Source: Candidatus Rokuibacteriota bacterium
GTDB lineage: Bacteria > Methylomirabilota > Methylomirabilia > Rokubacteriales > DASRDR01
Assembly: GCA_044866005.1 (NCBI GenBank)
Contig: JBIOTN010000156.1
Location: 1-58,930 of the forward strand
DNA length: 58,930 nucleotides
Direction of reading: 5' to 3'
Positions 10,244 to 19,458 of the stretch are shown here, piece after piece (within the stretch, counting starts at the first letter, position 1; each line of letters begins with the position of its first letter). A program made the position numbers and the translations under genes. The notes beneath the pieces are model-generated. The model did no database searches, was not told the origin of the DNA, and saw only the letters and a list, made by a program, of their open reading frames with translations.

Positions 10244-12946
10244 ATGACCGGGGACGAGCTGCGGGGGACGTTTCTCGATTACTTCCGCGCGAACGGGCAC
10301 GCCATCGTGCCGTCGTCCTCCCTCGTCCCGGCCCAGGACCCGACGCTCCTCTTCACCAACGCCGGCATGGTGCAGTTCAAGAGCGTGTTCCTCGGCGAGG
10401 AGCGGCGGGAGTACGCCCGCGCCACGACCTGCCAGAAGTGCGTGCGCGCGGGCGGGAAGCACAACGACCTGGAGAACGTCGGCCGCACCGCCCGGCACCA
10501 CACGTTCTTCGAGATGCTCGGCAACTTCTCCTTCGGCGACTACTTCAAGGCCGAGGCGATCGCCTACGCCTGGGAGTTCCTGACGCGGAACCTGGCGCTC
10601 CCTCGCGAGCGCCTCTGGGCGACCGTCTTCACCGACGACGACGAGGCCTTCGCGCTCTGGCAGCGCGTGGCCGGCCTGCCGGCCGACCGGGTGCTCCGGC
10701 TCGGCGAGAAGGACAACTTCTGGGCGATGGGGGACACCGGGCCCTGCGGCCCATGCTCCGAGGTCCACTACCACCAGGGCGACCACCTGCCGTGCGCCGA
10801 GGTGGAGGCCGGTCGCCGGTGCCTCGGGCCGGCGTGCGAGTGCGACCGCTGGCTCGAGATCTGGAACCTCGTCTTCATGCAGTTCGACCGCAACGCGGAG
10901 GGCCGGCTCACCCCGCTGCCCCGCCCGTCCATCGACACCGGGATGGGGCTCGAGCGGGTCACCGCCGTGGTCCAGCACGTGGAGTCGAATTTCCTCACCG
11001 ACCTGATCCGCCCGCTGGTCTCACACGTCGAGCGCCTGGCCCAGAAGCGGTTCGGGACGCGCGAGGCGGACGACGTCTCGATGCGCGTCATCGCCGACCA
11101 CGCCCGCGCCGCGGCCTTCCTGATCTCGGACGGGGTGCCGCCCTCGAACGAGTGGCGCGGGTACGTCCTCCGGCGGATCATGCGGCGCGCCATGCGGCAC
11201 GGCCGGCTCCTCGGCCTGATGGAGCCCTTCCTCTCGGAGGTGACGGGGACCGTGGCCGAGGTGATGGGCCGCGCCTATCCGGAGCTCGTGGAGCAGCGCG
11301 CACGCGTCGCCGAGGTCGTCCGCCTGGAGGAGGAGCGCTTCGCGGAAACGCTCGACCGCGGCCTCGAGAAGATCGAGGAGGAGATCGCGGCCGGCGCGGG
11401 GTGGCCGCTCGTCCGCACGGCCGGCGGCGAGCGCCGGCGCGTGCCGGGGCGCGTGCTCTTCACGCTCTACGACACGTACGGGTTTCCCGTGGACCTCGCC
11501 CAGGAGGTGCTCGAGGAGCGCGGTCTGGCGGTCACCGAGGGGACGCTCGGCGAGTACGAGGCCGAGATGGACGCCCAGCGCGCGCGGGCCCGGGACCGCG
11601 GGGCGTTCGGCGCCGCGGCCGCGGGCGACGAGCGCGCCGGGATCTTCCAGGCCCTCTCGGTGGAGATCCCGCCGGTCCAGTTCCTCGGCTACGAGGCGCT
11701 CGCGGCGCCCGCGCGGATCCTGGCGATGGTCCGGGACGGCGCGCGCCAGCGCGAGGCGGGGGCGGGCGACGAGGTCGAGGTGATTCTCGACCGCACGCCC
11801 TGCTATGCCGAGTCGGGGGGTCAGATCGGCGACACCGGTCAGCTCACCGGCCGGCACGGGAGCGGCCAGATCCTGGACACCTATCTCCGCGGCGCCGGGC
11901 TCATCGTCCACCGGGTTCGCGTGGCGCAGGGTGGCTTCCGCGAGGGCGAGGAGGTCGCGGTCGCCGTCGAGTCGCCGCGCCGTCAGGGGCTCCGGCTCCA
12001 CCACACGGGGACGCATCTGCTCCACGCGGCGCTCCGCCAGGTCCTCGGCCCGCACGTCCTCCAGGCGGGCTCCCTGGTGGCGCCGGACCGGCTCCGCTTC
12101 GACTTCACCCATTCCCGACCGGTGAAGGACCGCGACCTCGGCGACGTCGAGGATCTCGTCAACGAGAAGGTGCGCGACAACCTCGCCGTGGACCCGTTCT
12201 GGACGGAGCTCGACCAGGCCCTCCGCCTGGGCGCGCTCGCCCTCTTCGGCGAGAAGTACGGGCAGCGGGTCCGCGTGGTGAAGATCGGCGACTTCTCGAC
12301 CGAGCTCTGCGGCGGCACGCACCTCGACGCGACGGGCCAGATCGGGCTGTTCAAGGTGACGGCCGAAGGCGCCGTCGCGGCCGGCGTCCGCCGGCTCGAG
12401 GCGGTGACCGGCCACGCCGCCCTCCAGCACGTCGGCCACGAGGAGGCGGCGCTTCGCGAGGCCGCCGACCTCCTCAAGATTCCGCCCGTGGAGCTGCCGC
12501 GGCGGCTCGGCAAGCTGCTCGAGGAGCAGCGCGCGCTCCAGAAGCAGCTCGCGGAGCTCGAGGCGCGCCTGGCCCGGACGCGGGCGCAGGAGCTCGTGGC
12601 CGGGGCGCGCCAGGTCGGGGACGTCGCCGTGGTCGCGGCGCGGGTGGACGGCCTCGACGCCGAGGGGCTCCGGGCCGTCGTCGACTCGGTGCGGGAGCGG
12701 CTCGGCTCCGGCGTCGTCTGTCTGGGGAGCGTGGCCGACGGCAAGGTGAGCCTGGTGAGCGCGGTGACCAAGGACCTCACGCGCCGCTTCCACGCGGGCA
12801 AGCTCGTCCAGGAGGTCGCGAAGGCCGTGGACGGCGGGGGCGGCGGGCGGCCGGAGCTCGCGCAGGCGGGCGGCAAGAACCCGGCGGCCCTCGATCGGGC
12901 GCTCGCCTCCGTCCACGACTGGGTCGCGCGGGCGGGCCATGCGTAG
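10244..12946 (+). CDS. alaS: Alanine--tRNA ligase
   Basis: LLFTNAGMVQFK, RHHTFFEMLGNFSFGDYFK, editing-domain HTGTH and ELCGGTH, C-terminal GGGGGRPELAQAGG. Confidence 0.99.
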   Translation: MTGDELRGTFLDYFRANGHAIVPSSSLVPAQDPTLLFTNAGMVQFKSVFLGEERREYARATTCQKCVRAGGKHNDLENVGRTARHHTFFEMLGNFSFGDYFKAEAIAYAWEFLTRNLALPRERLWATVFTDDDEAFALWQRVAGLPADRVLRLGEKDNFWAMGDTGPCGPCSEVHYHQGDHLPCAEVEAGRRCLGPACECDRWLEIWNLVFMQFDRNAEGRLTPLPRPSIDTGMGLERVTAVVQHVESNFLTDLIRPLVSHVERLAQKRFGTREADDVSMRVIADHARAAAFLISDGVPPSNEWRGYVLRRIMRRAMRHGRLLGLMEPFLSEVTGTVAEVMGRAYPELVEQRARVAEVVRLEEERFAETLDRGLEKIEEEIAAGAGWPLVRTAGGERRRVPGRVLFTLYDTYGFPVDLAQEVLEERGLAVTEGTLGEYEAEMDAQRARARDRGAFGAAAAGDERAGIFQALSVEIPPVQFLGYEALAAPARILAMVRDGARQREAGAGDEVEVILDRTPCYAESGGQIGDTGQLTGRHGSGQILDTYLRGAGLIVHRVRVAQGGFREGEEVAVAVESPRRQGLRLHHTGTHLLHAALRQVLGPHVLQAGSLVAPDRLRFDFTHSRPVKDRDLGDVEDLVNEKVRDNLAVDPFWTELDQALRLGALALFGEKYGQRVRVVKIGDFSTELCGGTHLDATGQIGLFKVTAEGAVAAGVRRLEAVTGHAALQHVGHEEAALREAADLLKIPPVELPRRLGKLLEEQRALQKQLAELEARLARTRAQELVAGARQVGDVAVVAARVDGLDAEGLRAVVDSVRERLGSGVVCLGSVADGKVSLVSAVTKDLTRRFHAGKLVQEVAKAVDGGGGGRPELAQAGGKNPAALDRALASVHDWVARAGHA

Positions 12947-13643
12947 GGTGGGCCGTCGCCGTCTCGCGGCCGGCGGCGTGTGCACGGGGCTGCTCGCTGT
13001 CCTGCTGGCGGCTTGCTCGACGACCCGCGTCGTCCCGATCCCGGCGGCGGGCGTGGCGCTCGACGCCGGCGCGGGAACGGCGAGCGCCGCGGCGGACGGG
13101 GTCCAGGTCGTCGTCCGCCCGTCGGCGTGGCACGGGAGCCCGACCTATCTGCCGAACTACGTCACTCCCTTCCACCTCCTGATCGTCAACGGCGCGGGCC
13201 AGCCGCTCAGCTACGACTACCGGGACCTCCGGCTCTTCGACGAAGCCCGCTTCCAGTACACCGCGCTGCCGCCGGTCGAGGTCGGCCGCCTGCTCCAGGC
13301 AAGCGGCGCCGAGCGTGAGACCCTCGTGGCGGCGGCGGACACCGCCTCGCTGCCGCTTCACCGGCGGCGGCCCCTGTTCTGGAGCCCCTGGTGGTGGGAC
13401 CCCTGGCCCTATCCCTATTACGCCCCGCCGCGCCTCGACGACGTGTTCACCCAGGCGCTGCCGGTCGGGACGCTCCAGGCGGGCGCGCGGACCCAGGGGT
13501 TCGTCTACTTCCCCCGCCTCCGCCCCGAGGCGAGCCGGCTCAGCTTCGAGTTCCATCACCGACTGGGCGAACTCTCGCGGGTCCTGACACTGCCGTTCGC
13601 CGTGGAGCGGGCTCAGCATGCCCCTCCACCGACGGCCTCGTAG
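12939..13643 (+). CDS. Hypothetical lipoprotein
   Basis: Lipobox LLAAC after a basic and hydrophobic leader. Overlaps the alaS stop. Contains a W/P/Y-rich segment. Confidence 0.75.
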   Translation: MRRVGRRRLAAGGVCTGLLAVLLAACSTTRVVPIPAAGVALDAGAGTASAAADGVQVVVRPSAWHGSPTYLPNYVTPFHLLIVNGAGQPLSYDYRDLRLFDEARFQYTALPPVEVGRLLQASGAERETLVAAADTASLPLHRRRPLFWSPWWWDPWPYPYYAPPRLDDVFTQALPVGTLQAGARTQGFVYFPRLRPEASRLSFEFHHRLGELSRVLTLPFAVERAQHAPPPTAS

Positions 13644-13670
13644 CCAGTCGGGCCGGGCGCCCAGCGGGGG

Positions 13671-14285
13671 GTGGACCTCGAGCGCCTCGCCAGCTTCCTG
13701 CTCGACCCGGGGATCCCGCCCGCCCTGCTCTACACCGTCGTCTTCCTGAGCTGCGTCCTGGAGAGCTTCTTTCCCCCGTGGCCCACCGACGTCATCGCCG
13801 TCTACGCCGGCTTCCTCGCCGGCCGCGGCGTGCTCGCTCCGCTGGCCGTCTTCGGCGCGGCGATCGCCGGCACGCAGCTCGGCGTCATGGTCGTCTTCTG
13901 GCTCAGCCGGCGCTGGGGCCGGACGCTCCTGGCCGGGCCGTTCGGCCGCTACGTCGCGCCCGCCCGCCTCACGAGCCTCGAGGCCTGGTTTGCGCGGTAC
14001 GGGGTGCCGGCCATCGCCATTTCCCGCTTCTTCCCCGGGCTCCGAGCGCTGGTCATGCCGGCCGCGGGACTGGCCGGCTTCGCCGCGTGGAAGGTGTGGG
14101 TCTTCGCCGGCGTGTCGGTCGTGATCTGGAACGCCTTCGTCGTGGGTCTCGGGCTGCTCGCCGGGACGCACCTCGACTGGGCGAAGCAGGTCCTGGTCCG
14201 CTACAACACGATCGCCGCCGCCGTCGCCGGGCTCGCCATCCTCGGCTGGGTCCTTGCCTACCTCTTCCGCCGCCGCCGGATCTAG
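13671..14285 (+). CDS. DedA family membrane protein
   Basis: LESFFPPWPTD and RFFPGLRA motifs, multiple TM segments. Confidence 0.9.
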   Translation: MDLERLASFLLDPGIPPALLYTVVFLSCVLESFFPPWPTDVIAVYAGFLAGRGVLAPLAVFGAAIAGTQLGVMVVFWLSRRWGRTLLAGPFGRYVAPARLTSLEAWFARYGVPAIAISRFFPGLRALVMPAAGLAGFAAWKVWVFAGVSVVIWNAFVVGLGLLAGTHLDWAKQVLVRYNTIAAAVAGLAILGWVLAYLFRRRRI

Positions 14286-14286
14286 A

Positions 14287-14313
14287 CCTCGGGGGGGCTT
14301 CCGAGCCCCCCCG
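14287..14313. repeat. REP-like GC hairpin between convergent genes (family A)
   Basis: CCTCGGGGGGGCTTCCGAGCCCCCCCG, with related copies at 22371-22405 and 52284-52311. Confidence 0.7.
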
Positions 14314-14321
14314 GAAAACCG

Positions 14322-15509
14322 CTAGTCCAGCGCCTCGAGCAGCAGGCCCTTCAGGTAGCGCGTCTCGGGGACCGCCAGCAGGACGGGGTGATCCCGCGCC
14401 TGGCCGAGCGTGGCCCGGAGCCGGACCGGGCGCCGCGCGTCGCCCGCGGCGGCTCGACAGACCTCCTCGAAGAGCGCGGGGCTCACGTGATGCGAGCAGG
14501 AGAAGGTGGCGAGCACGCCGCCGGGCCTGAGGCACGCGAGCGCGCGGAGATTGATCTCCTTGTAGCCTCGCAGCGCGGCCTCGACGGCCGTCTTCCGGCG
14601 GGTGAACGAGGGCGGGTCGAGGATCACGAGGTCGAAGCGCCGGCCGTCGCGCTCGAAGGCGCGGAGCGCGTCGAAGGCGTTCGCTTCCAGGACCTCGAAC
14701 CGGTCGCCGCCGCCGTTCAGCGCGGCGTGCGCCGTCGCGCGGGCGACCGCCTCGGCTGACGCGTCGACGGCCAGGACGTGCGCTGCGCCCTTCGCCAGCG
14801 CCCAGCAGGCGAAGGCGCCCGTGTAGGAGAAGGCGTCGAGGACCTCGCGGCCGGCCGCGTCGACGGTGACGGCCGCGCGGTTCTCGCGCTGGTCGAGATA
14901 GAAACCGGTCTTCTGGCCGCTCTCCAGCCCCACGCGGAAGCGGCACGGACCCTCCCGGATCGCCACCTCCAGAGGCGGGGCGGGATCCCCGGGGCCCACG
15001 AGCCAGCCCGAGGCGGACTCGAGCCCCTCGATCGCGGCCGCCGCGGGGTCCGCGCGGCGGTAGACGGCCGCCGCACCCACGACCTCCACGGCGAGCTCCG
15101 CGAGCGTGACGCTCCAGCGGTCGATTCCGAGGGTGAGGGCCTGGAGGACGAGGACGTCGGCGTAGCGGTCGAGGATGAGCCCGGGCAGCCCGTCGCCCTC
15201 GCTGAAGACGACCCGCCCGGCGTCCCCGTCGTAGGCGAGCGTCTGGCGGAACCGCCAGGCCGCGTCGAGCCGCCGGCGGAAGAAGGCGGGATCCACCGGC
15301 TCGTCGAGGCGGGTGAGGAGGCGGCACGCGATCTGGGGCCGCGGGTTGTAGAACCCGCGGCCCAGCGGGTGACCGCCGGCGTCACAGACGGTGACCGCGT
15401 CTTCCGGCCGCCAGGCGCCGTCCAGGCGGTCGACGTCGGTGCGGTAGAGCCAGGGATGGCCGGCCAGGAGACGCCCCTCGCGGCGGGGCCTGAGGATCAG
15501 CCGCGCCAA
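14322..15509 (-). CDS. rlmI: RlmI-type 23S rRNA m5C methyltransferase
   Basis: PUA-like N-terminus (GHPWLY), GQKTGFYLDQRENR, ILDPPSF, FSCSH and PETRYLK. Confidence 0.88.
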   Translation of the reverse strand: MARLILRPRREGRLLAGHPWLYRTDVDRLDGAWRPEDAVTVCDAGGHPLGRGFYNPRPQIACRLLTRLDEPVDPAFFRRRLDAAWRFRQTLAYDGDAGRVVFSEGDGLPGLILDRYADVLVLQALTLGIDRWSVTLAELAVEVVGAAAVYRRADPAAAAIEGLESASGWLVGPGDPAPPLEVAIREGPCRFRVGLESGQKTGFYLDQRENRAAVTVDAAGREVLDAFSYTGAFACWALAKGAAHVLAVDASAEAVARATAHAALNGGGDRFEVLEANAFDALRAFERDGRRFDLVILDPPSFTRRKTAVEAALRGYKEINLRALACLRPGGVLATFSCSHHVSPALFEEVCRAAAGDARRPVRLRATLGQARDHPVLLAVPETRYLKGLLLEALD

Positions 15510-15524
15510 GTCAGCGAGCGATAG

Positions 15525-15587
15525 GGCCGGGACGCGGACCGAGCAGCCCGAGGCGTATGCCGCATACGTCGAGCGCCCGTCCCGGCC
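15525..15587. repeat. Intergenic stem-loop element (family B)
   Basis: Outer IR GGCCGGGACG/CGTCCCGGCC and inner CGTATG-CCG-CATACG. The 19-nt core recurs at 54388-54406 with one mismatch. Confidence 0.6.
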
Positions 15588-15620
15588 GTGATGCGGGACG
15601 ACGGGATGCGACGGCGGTCG

Positions 15621-16403
15621 TCACCGCACGCGGCGGAGGACGGGGATCATCATCAGGGCGCCCCGGGCGCGCTCGAGCGGCCGGGCGAGGCTGAAGTTCG
15701 AGAACCAGCCGACGAAGTCGAAGCCGCCGGCCAGCTCCACCATCGCCCGGAGCTCCTGGGGGAAGACGATCCGGGTCTTGTGCCGCTGCGTCACCACCCG
15801 GCGCGAGCCGTTCTCGGTGATCTCGAAGCGCATCACTTCCTCGCAGACCTGCCGGACCGCGTCGTAGGCATCCAGGGTCCGGAAGGTCGTGCGGACGGTG
15901 ACGCCTCCGCGCTGGCGGGTCCACGCCCAGCGGAGCGTCGGGCTGGCCCAGCGGTTCGGGATCAGTCGGTCGAAGATGTAGAGGCCACCCGGCCGCAGGT
16001 TCCGCCGCACGGCGCGGAGGTGGGCGAGGAGCGCCTCGTTGGTCAGGAGGTGCCCCTGGGAGTCCTGCATGCAGATCGCCGCGTCGGCGGGCTCGGGCAG
16101 CCGGAACGCGGTCATGTCGCCGAGCCTCGCCGTCACCGGCAGCCGGTCGGCCGCGGCCTGCCGGCGGAGGAACTCGATGCTCTCGGCCGAGAGGTCCAGC
16201 GCCGTCACCCGATACCCGTCGCGCGCGAGCCGGAGGGAGTGGTGGCCGGTGCCGCAGGCGAGGTCGATCACGTGCCGGACCCGGCCGCGCGCGTAGCGCC
16301 GGAAGCAGGCCTCGAGGAAGTCGGTCTCGGCCTTGCGGTTCAGCTCGAACGCGATGTGGTAGTAGGCCGGCGAGTGGTAGAACTCCCGGGACGAGCGCTT
16401 CAC
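15621..16403 (-). CDS. Class I SAM-dependent methyltransferase (small-molecule type)
   Basis: VIDLACGTG, ALDLS, GDM and LRPGGLYIFD motifs. Confidence 0.9.
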   Translation of the reverse strand: MKRSSREFYHSPAYYHIAFELNRKAETDFLEACFRRYARGRVRHVIDLACGTGHHSLRLARDGYRVTALDLSAESIEFLRRQAAADRLPVTARLGDMTAFRLPEPADAAICMQDSQGHLLTNEALLAHLRAVRRNLRPGGLYIFDRLIPNRWASPTLRWAWTRQRGGVTVRTTFRTLDAYDAVRQVCEEVMRFEITENGSRRVVTQRHKTRIVFPQELRAMVELAGGFDFVGWFSNFSLARPLERARGALMMIPVLRRVR

Positions 16404-16453
16404 CTCTCGTTACCTCGCTCCGAGAACCCGGGGCGACGGGTATCGGCACGGGC

Positions 16454-17323
16454 TCACGGTTTGGCCCACCACATCAGGATCGCCTCGCGGACGATCGCCG
16501 CCGCGGTGATCGCGGTGCGGCCGCTCGGATCCCAGAGCGGCGAGACCTCCACGAGGTCGAAGCCGACGACCTGGGCCGCGCCGAGCTGGCGGAGCGCCGC
16601 GACCAGCTCCGGCACCGTGATCCCGCCCGGCTCCGGCGAGCCGGTCCCCGGCGCGACCGCGGGGTCGAGCACGTCGATGTCGATGGTCACGTAGAGGGGG
16701 TGCCCCGCGACGTCCGCGGCGACCTGGGCGGCCGCCTCCGCGACCGGAATGGCCCAGCCGGGGAAGACGCGCGTCCCCCGGGCATGGGCCCACTCCTCGC
16801 GGTCGCCGGTCCGGAGGCCGATCTGGTAGAGCCGGTCGGGCCGGAGGCGCTCCAGGACGCGGCTCATGGCCGAGGCGTAGTTCCAGGCCTCGCCCAGGAA
16901 GGCCCGGCGCAGGTCGGGATGCGCGTCGAACTGGACCACGCGGAGGCCCGGATAGTGGCCGAGCGCCACCTCGACGATCGGCGCCGTCACCGTGTGGTCC
17001 CCGCCGAGGAAGGCCCAGCGCTGCCGGGGATCGAGGACGGCGGCCAGCTCGGCCCGGACCGCCGCCAGCGCCGCCGCCGGCTCGGCGAGGGGCACGGGGA
17101 CGTCGCCCGCGTCGGCCAGGGCGAGATCGGCCAGGTCCAGGCCGAGCGCCGGGGCATAGGTCTCGATGAGGTCGGATGCCCGCCGGATGGCGCCGGGCCC
17201 GAATCCTGCGCCTTTTCGCTGGTTTACCCGACCCTCGAAGGGGATGCCGTAGAGGACGGCGACCGCCCCGGCCGGGTCGGGACGGCACGCGATGAACGGT
17301 GGGCGAGCGGGCCTCAGCGACAT
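16454..17323 (-). CDS. speB: Agmatinase / ureohydrolase family protein
   Basis: GGDHT, FDAHPD and TIDIDVLDPAVAPGTGSPEPGG metal-binding motifs. Polyamine gene context. Confidence 0.88.
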   Translation of the reverse strand: MSLRPARPPFIACRPDPAGAVAVLYGIPFEGRVNQRKGAGFGPGAIRRASDLIETYAPALGLDLADLALADAGDVPVPLAEPAAALAAVRAELAAVLDPRQRWAFLGGDHTVTAPIVEVALGHYPGLRVVQFDAHPDLRRAFLGEAWNYASAMSRVLERLRPDRLYQIGLRTGDREEWAHARGTRVFPGWAIPVAEAAAQVAADVAGHPLYVTIDIDVLDPAVAPGTGSPEPGGITVPELVAALRQLGAAQVVGFDLVEVSPLWDPSGRTAITAAAIVREAILMWWAKP

Positions 17324-17392
17324 CGGATGCCTCCGCCGGGCCGAGACCCGAGCCGCCCCGGGACGGCCGAGGACGCCGGGATCGGGCCGGCG

Positions 17393-17875
17393 CTAAAGGA
17401 TGTCGTCTTCGGACAGGAGCGTGATCGCCGCCACCGCGCACCCCAGCCGGTCCACCCGGTGCTCGGCGACCACCACCTGGAGCTCGCGGATCCGGTCGCC
17501 GCGCACGGCGAAGGCCTCGGCGAGCATGCCGCGGACCGCCCGCTCCGCCGTCGCGCGGTCGGCCCGATCGTGGAACTCCATGATCACCCCGGCCCGGGTC
17601 CGGTCCTCGGGGAGGGCGTAGCCCACGGCGGCCGCGATCGTCTCGCCCGGCGTCTGGCTCGTGATCGCGGCGTAGGCGGTCGGGACGAGCGCGCCGGGCT
17701 TGATCGACGGGACGGGAACGATGTCGACGTCGGGCGGCACGATGCTGGAGACCTTGACGAGGTTCACGTTGCCGATCCCGGCCGCCAGGAGGGCGTTGTC
17801 GAACGCGTTGAGCGCGGTGCCGCCCTCCGCGCAGCCGGCCGTCGCCGCCACCTTCGTCACCTTCTTCCAGATCAT
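17393..17875 (-). CDS. pdaD: Pyruvoyl-dependent arginine decarboxylase
   Basis: LNAFDNALLAAGIGNVNLVKVSSIVPP with the S-S self-cleavage site. RBS GAGGAGGT before ATG 17875. Confidence 0.9.
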   Translation of the reverse strand: MIWKKVTKVAATAGCAEGGTALNAFDNALLAAGIGNVNLVKVSSIVPPDVDIVPVPSIKPGALVPTAYAAITSQTPGETIAAAVGYALPEDRTRAGVIMEFHDRADRATAERAVRGMLAEAFAVRGDRIRELQVVVAEHRVDRLGCAVAAITLLSEDDIL

Positions 17876-17944
17876 CGCCACCTCCTCGCTCGTCGCCGGG
17901 CAGCGCGCCCGGGGCGCGGTGTGCGGAGCCAAAAATCGGTCTCG

Positions 17945-18073
17945 ATGATACTGGGGCGAAAGTAAAACGCAAGCTTTTTTTCCTTGCATTGCCTTACTCG
18001 TGCTCTATAATTCAGGCGAAATTCGCCCTTGACGAAAAATTTTTCGGTGAAGAGATCTCGCGCGCGAGATCTC
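17945..18073. promoter_or_regulatory. Divergent sigma70-like promoters of pdaD and speD plus palindromes
   Basis: AT-rich. Plus strand TTGCAT(17984)-N16-TATAAT(18006-18011). Minus strand TTGCGT-N16-TATCAT (17972-17945). Palindromes at 18015-18027, 18033-18046 and 18052-18073. Confidence 0.65.
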
Positions 18074-18089
18074 GGGCGAGGAGAGGGGG

Positions 18090-18530
18090 TTGATAGGATT
18101 GCACAGCCTGGGTCGTCACCTGCTGTTGGAGCTGCACGAGTGCAGCTCCGAGATCCTCAACAACCTTGAAACCGTGAAGACCGCGCTGGTGGAGGCAGCC
18201 AAGCGCGCCGAGGCCACGATCATCGACGTGGTGTTTCACGAGTTCAACCCGTTCGGGATCTCCGGTGTGGTGGTGATCGCCGAGTCGCACCTGTCCATCC
18301 ACACGTGGCCCGAGTACCGGTACGCCGCCGTGGACATCTTCTCCTGCGGCGAGAGCCTCAAGCCGGCGGCGGCCGCTTCGTACCTGGTCGAACAGTTCGG
18401 GGCCAGCCGGGCCTCGTGCGTGGAGGTCAAGCGAGGCGTGTTCCCGGGCAGTGTAGGGCTTCTCAACCGACCCGCACAGGAAGGTGCCACGACGAATGGC
18501 CCAGCCGAACATCTACAAGTGGTTTTTTGA
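18090..18530 (+). CDS. speD: S-adenosylmethionine decarboxylase proenzyme (short type)
   Basis: GRHLLLEL and FNPFGISGVVVIAESHLSIHTWPE (E-S cleavage). TTG start at 18090 or 18099. Confidence 0.96.
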   Translation: MIGLHSLGRHLLLELHECSSEILNNLETVKTALVEAAKRAEATIIDVVFHEFNPFGISGVVVIAESHLSIHTWPEYRYAAVDIFSCGESLKPAAAASYLVEQFGASRASCVEVKRGVFPGSVGLLNRPAQEGATTNGPAEHLQVVF

Positions 18531-19413
18531 GACCACCACCCCCGTCGAGGGGCACTTCCACGCCATCACCCGCACCGTGTTCGCCCTCCAGAGCAAGTTC
18601 CAGCTGATGGAGATCCTGGAGACGGCGAGCTACGGCAAGTGCCTCGTTTTGGACGGGCGGATCCAGTCGAGCGTGGCCGACGAGTTCATCTACCACGAGA
18701 CCCTGGTCCACCCGGCGATGATCCTGCCGGCCCCCCCCGTGACGGCGCTGGTCATCGGCGGCGGGGAGGGGGCGACGCTCCGGGAAGTCCTCCGCCATCG
18801 CTCCATTCGCAAGGCCGTGATGGTGGACATCGACCAGGCGGTCGTCGAGGCTTGCCGGCAATACCTGCCGGAGATGCACCAGGGCGCCTTCGCCGATCCG
18901 CGGGCGGAGGTGCGGCACGAGGACGCGCGGACGTATCTCGAGATGACGGACGCCCGGTTCGACGTCGCGATCGTGGACCTCACCGAGCCCCTGGAGGAGG
19001 GTCCGGCCTGTCTCCTCTTCACCCGCGAGTTCTACCGGCTCCTCTCCGACCGGCTGACGCCGGGAGGCACCCTGGCGCTCCAGGCCGGGATGACGAAGAT
19101 CGGTGAGCTCGACTTCTACGCCGCCATGACACGGACGCTTTCCGAGGTGTTCCCGGTCGTGGCCCCCTACCAGTCCTACATCCCGTGCTTCGGCACGCCC
19201 TGGGGCTTCATCGTCGCCGCCAAGGCGGGTGACCCCCGCGAGCTCGCGCCCCGGGACGTCGATGAGCGGCTCCGGGAGCGGCTGTCGGGGGACCTCGCGT
19301 TCTACGACGGGCTCGCCCACCAGCACATGTTCAGCCTGCCGAAGTTCCTTCGCCGGGCGATCGCCGGCTGCACGCGGGTGGTGACGGACGCCGAGCCCCT
19401 GCTGATCCAGTAG
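18496..19413 (+). CDS. speE: Polyamine aminopropyltransferase (spermidine synthase family)
   Basis: LVLDGRIQS, DEFIYHETLVHP, IGGGEGATLRE and IVDLTEP motifs. Confidence 0.95.
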   Translation: MAQPNIYKWFFETTTPVEGHFHAITRTVFALQSKFQLMEILETASYGKCLVLDGRIQSSVADEFIYHETLVHPAMILPAPPVTALVIGGGEGATLREVLRHRSIRKAVMVDIDQAVVEACRQYLPEMHQGAFADPRAEVRHEDARTYLEMTDARFDVAIVDLTEPLEEGPACLLFTREFYRLLSDRLTPGGTLALQAGMTKIGELDFYAAMTRTLSEVFPVVAPYQSYIPCFGTPWGFIVAAKAGDPRELAPRDVDERLRERLSGDLAFYDGLAHQHMFSLPKFLRRAIAGCTRVVTDAEPLLIQ

Positions 19414-19458
19414 GCCGGGCTGCCGCCGTGGCGCGGCTGCCCGGCCGCGCCTGCCCCG

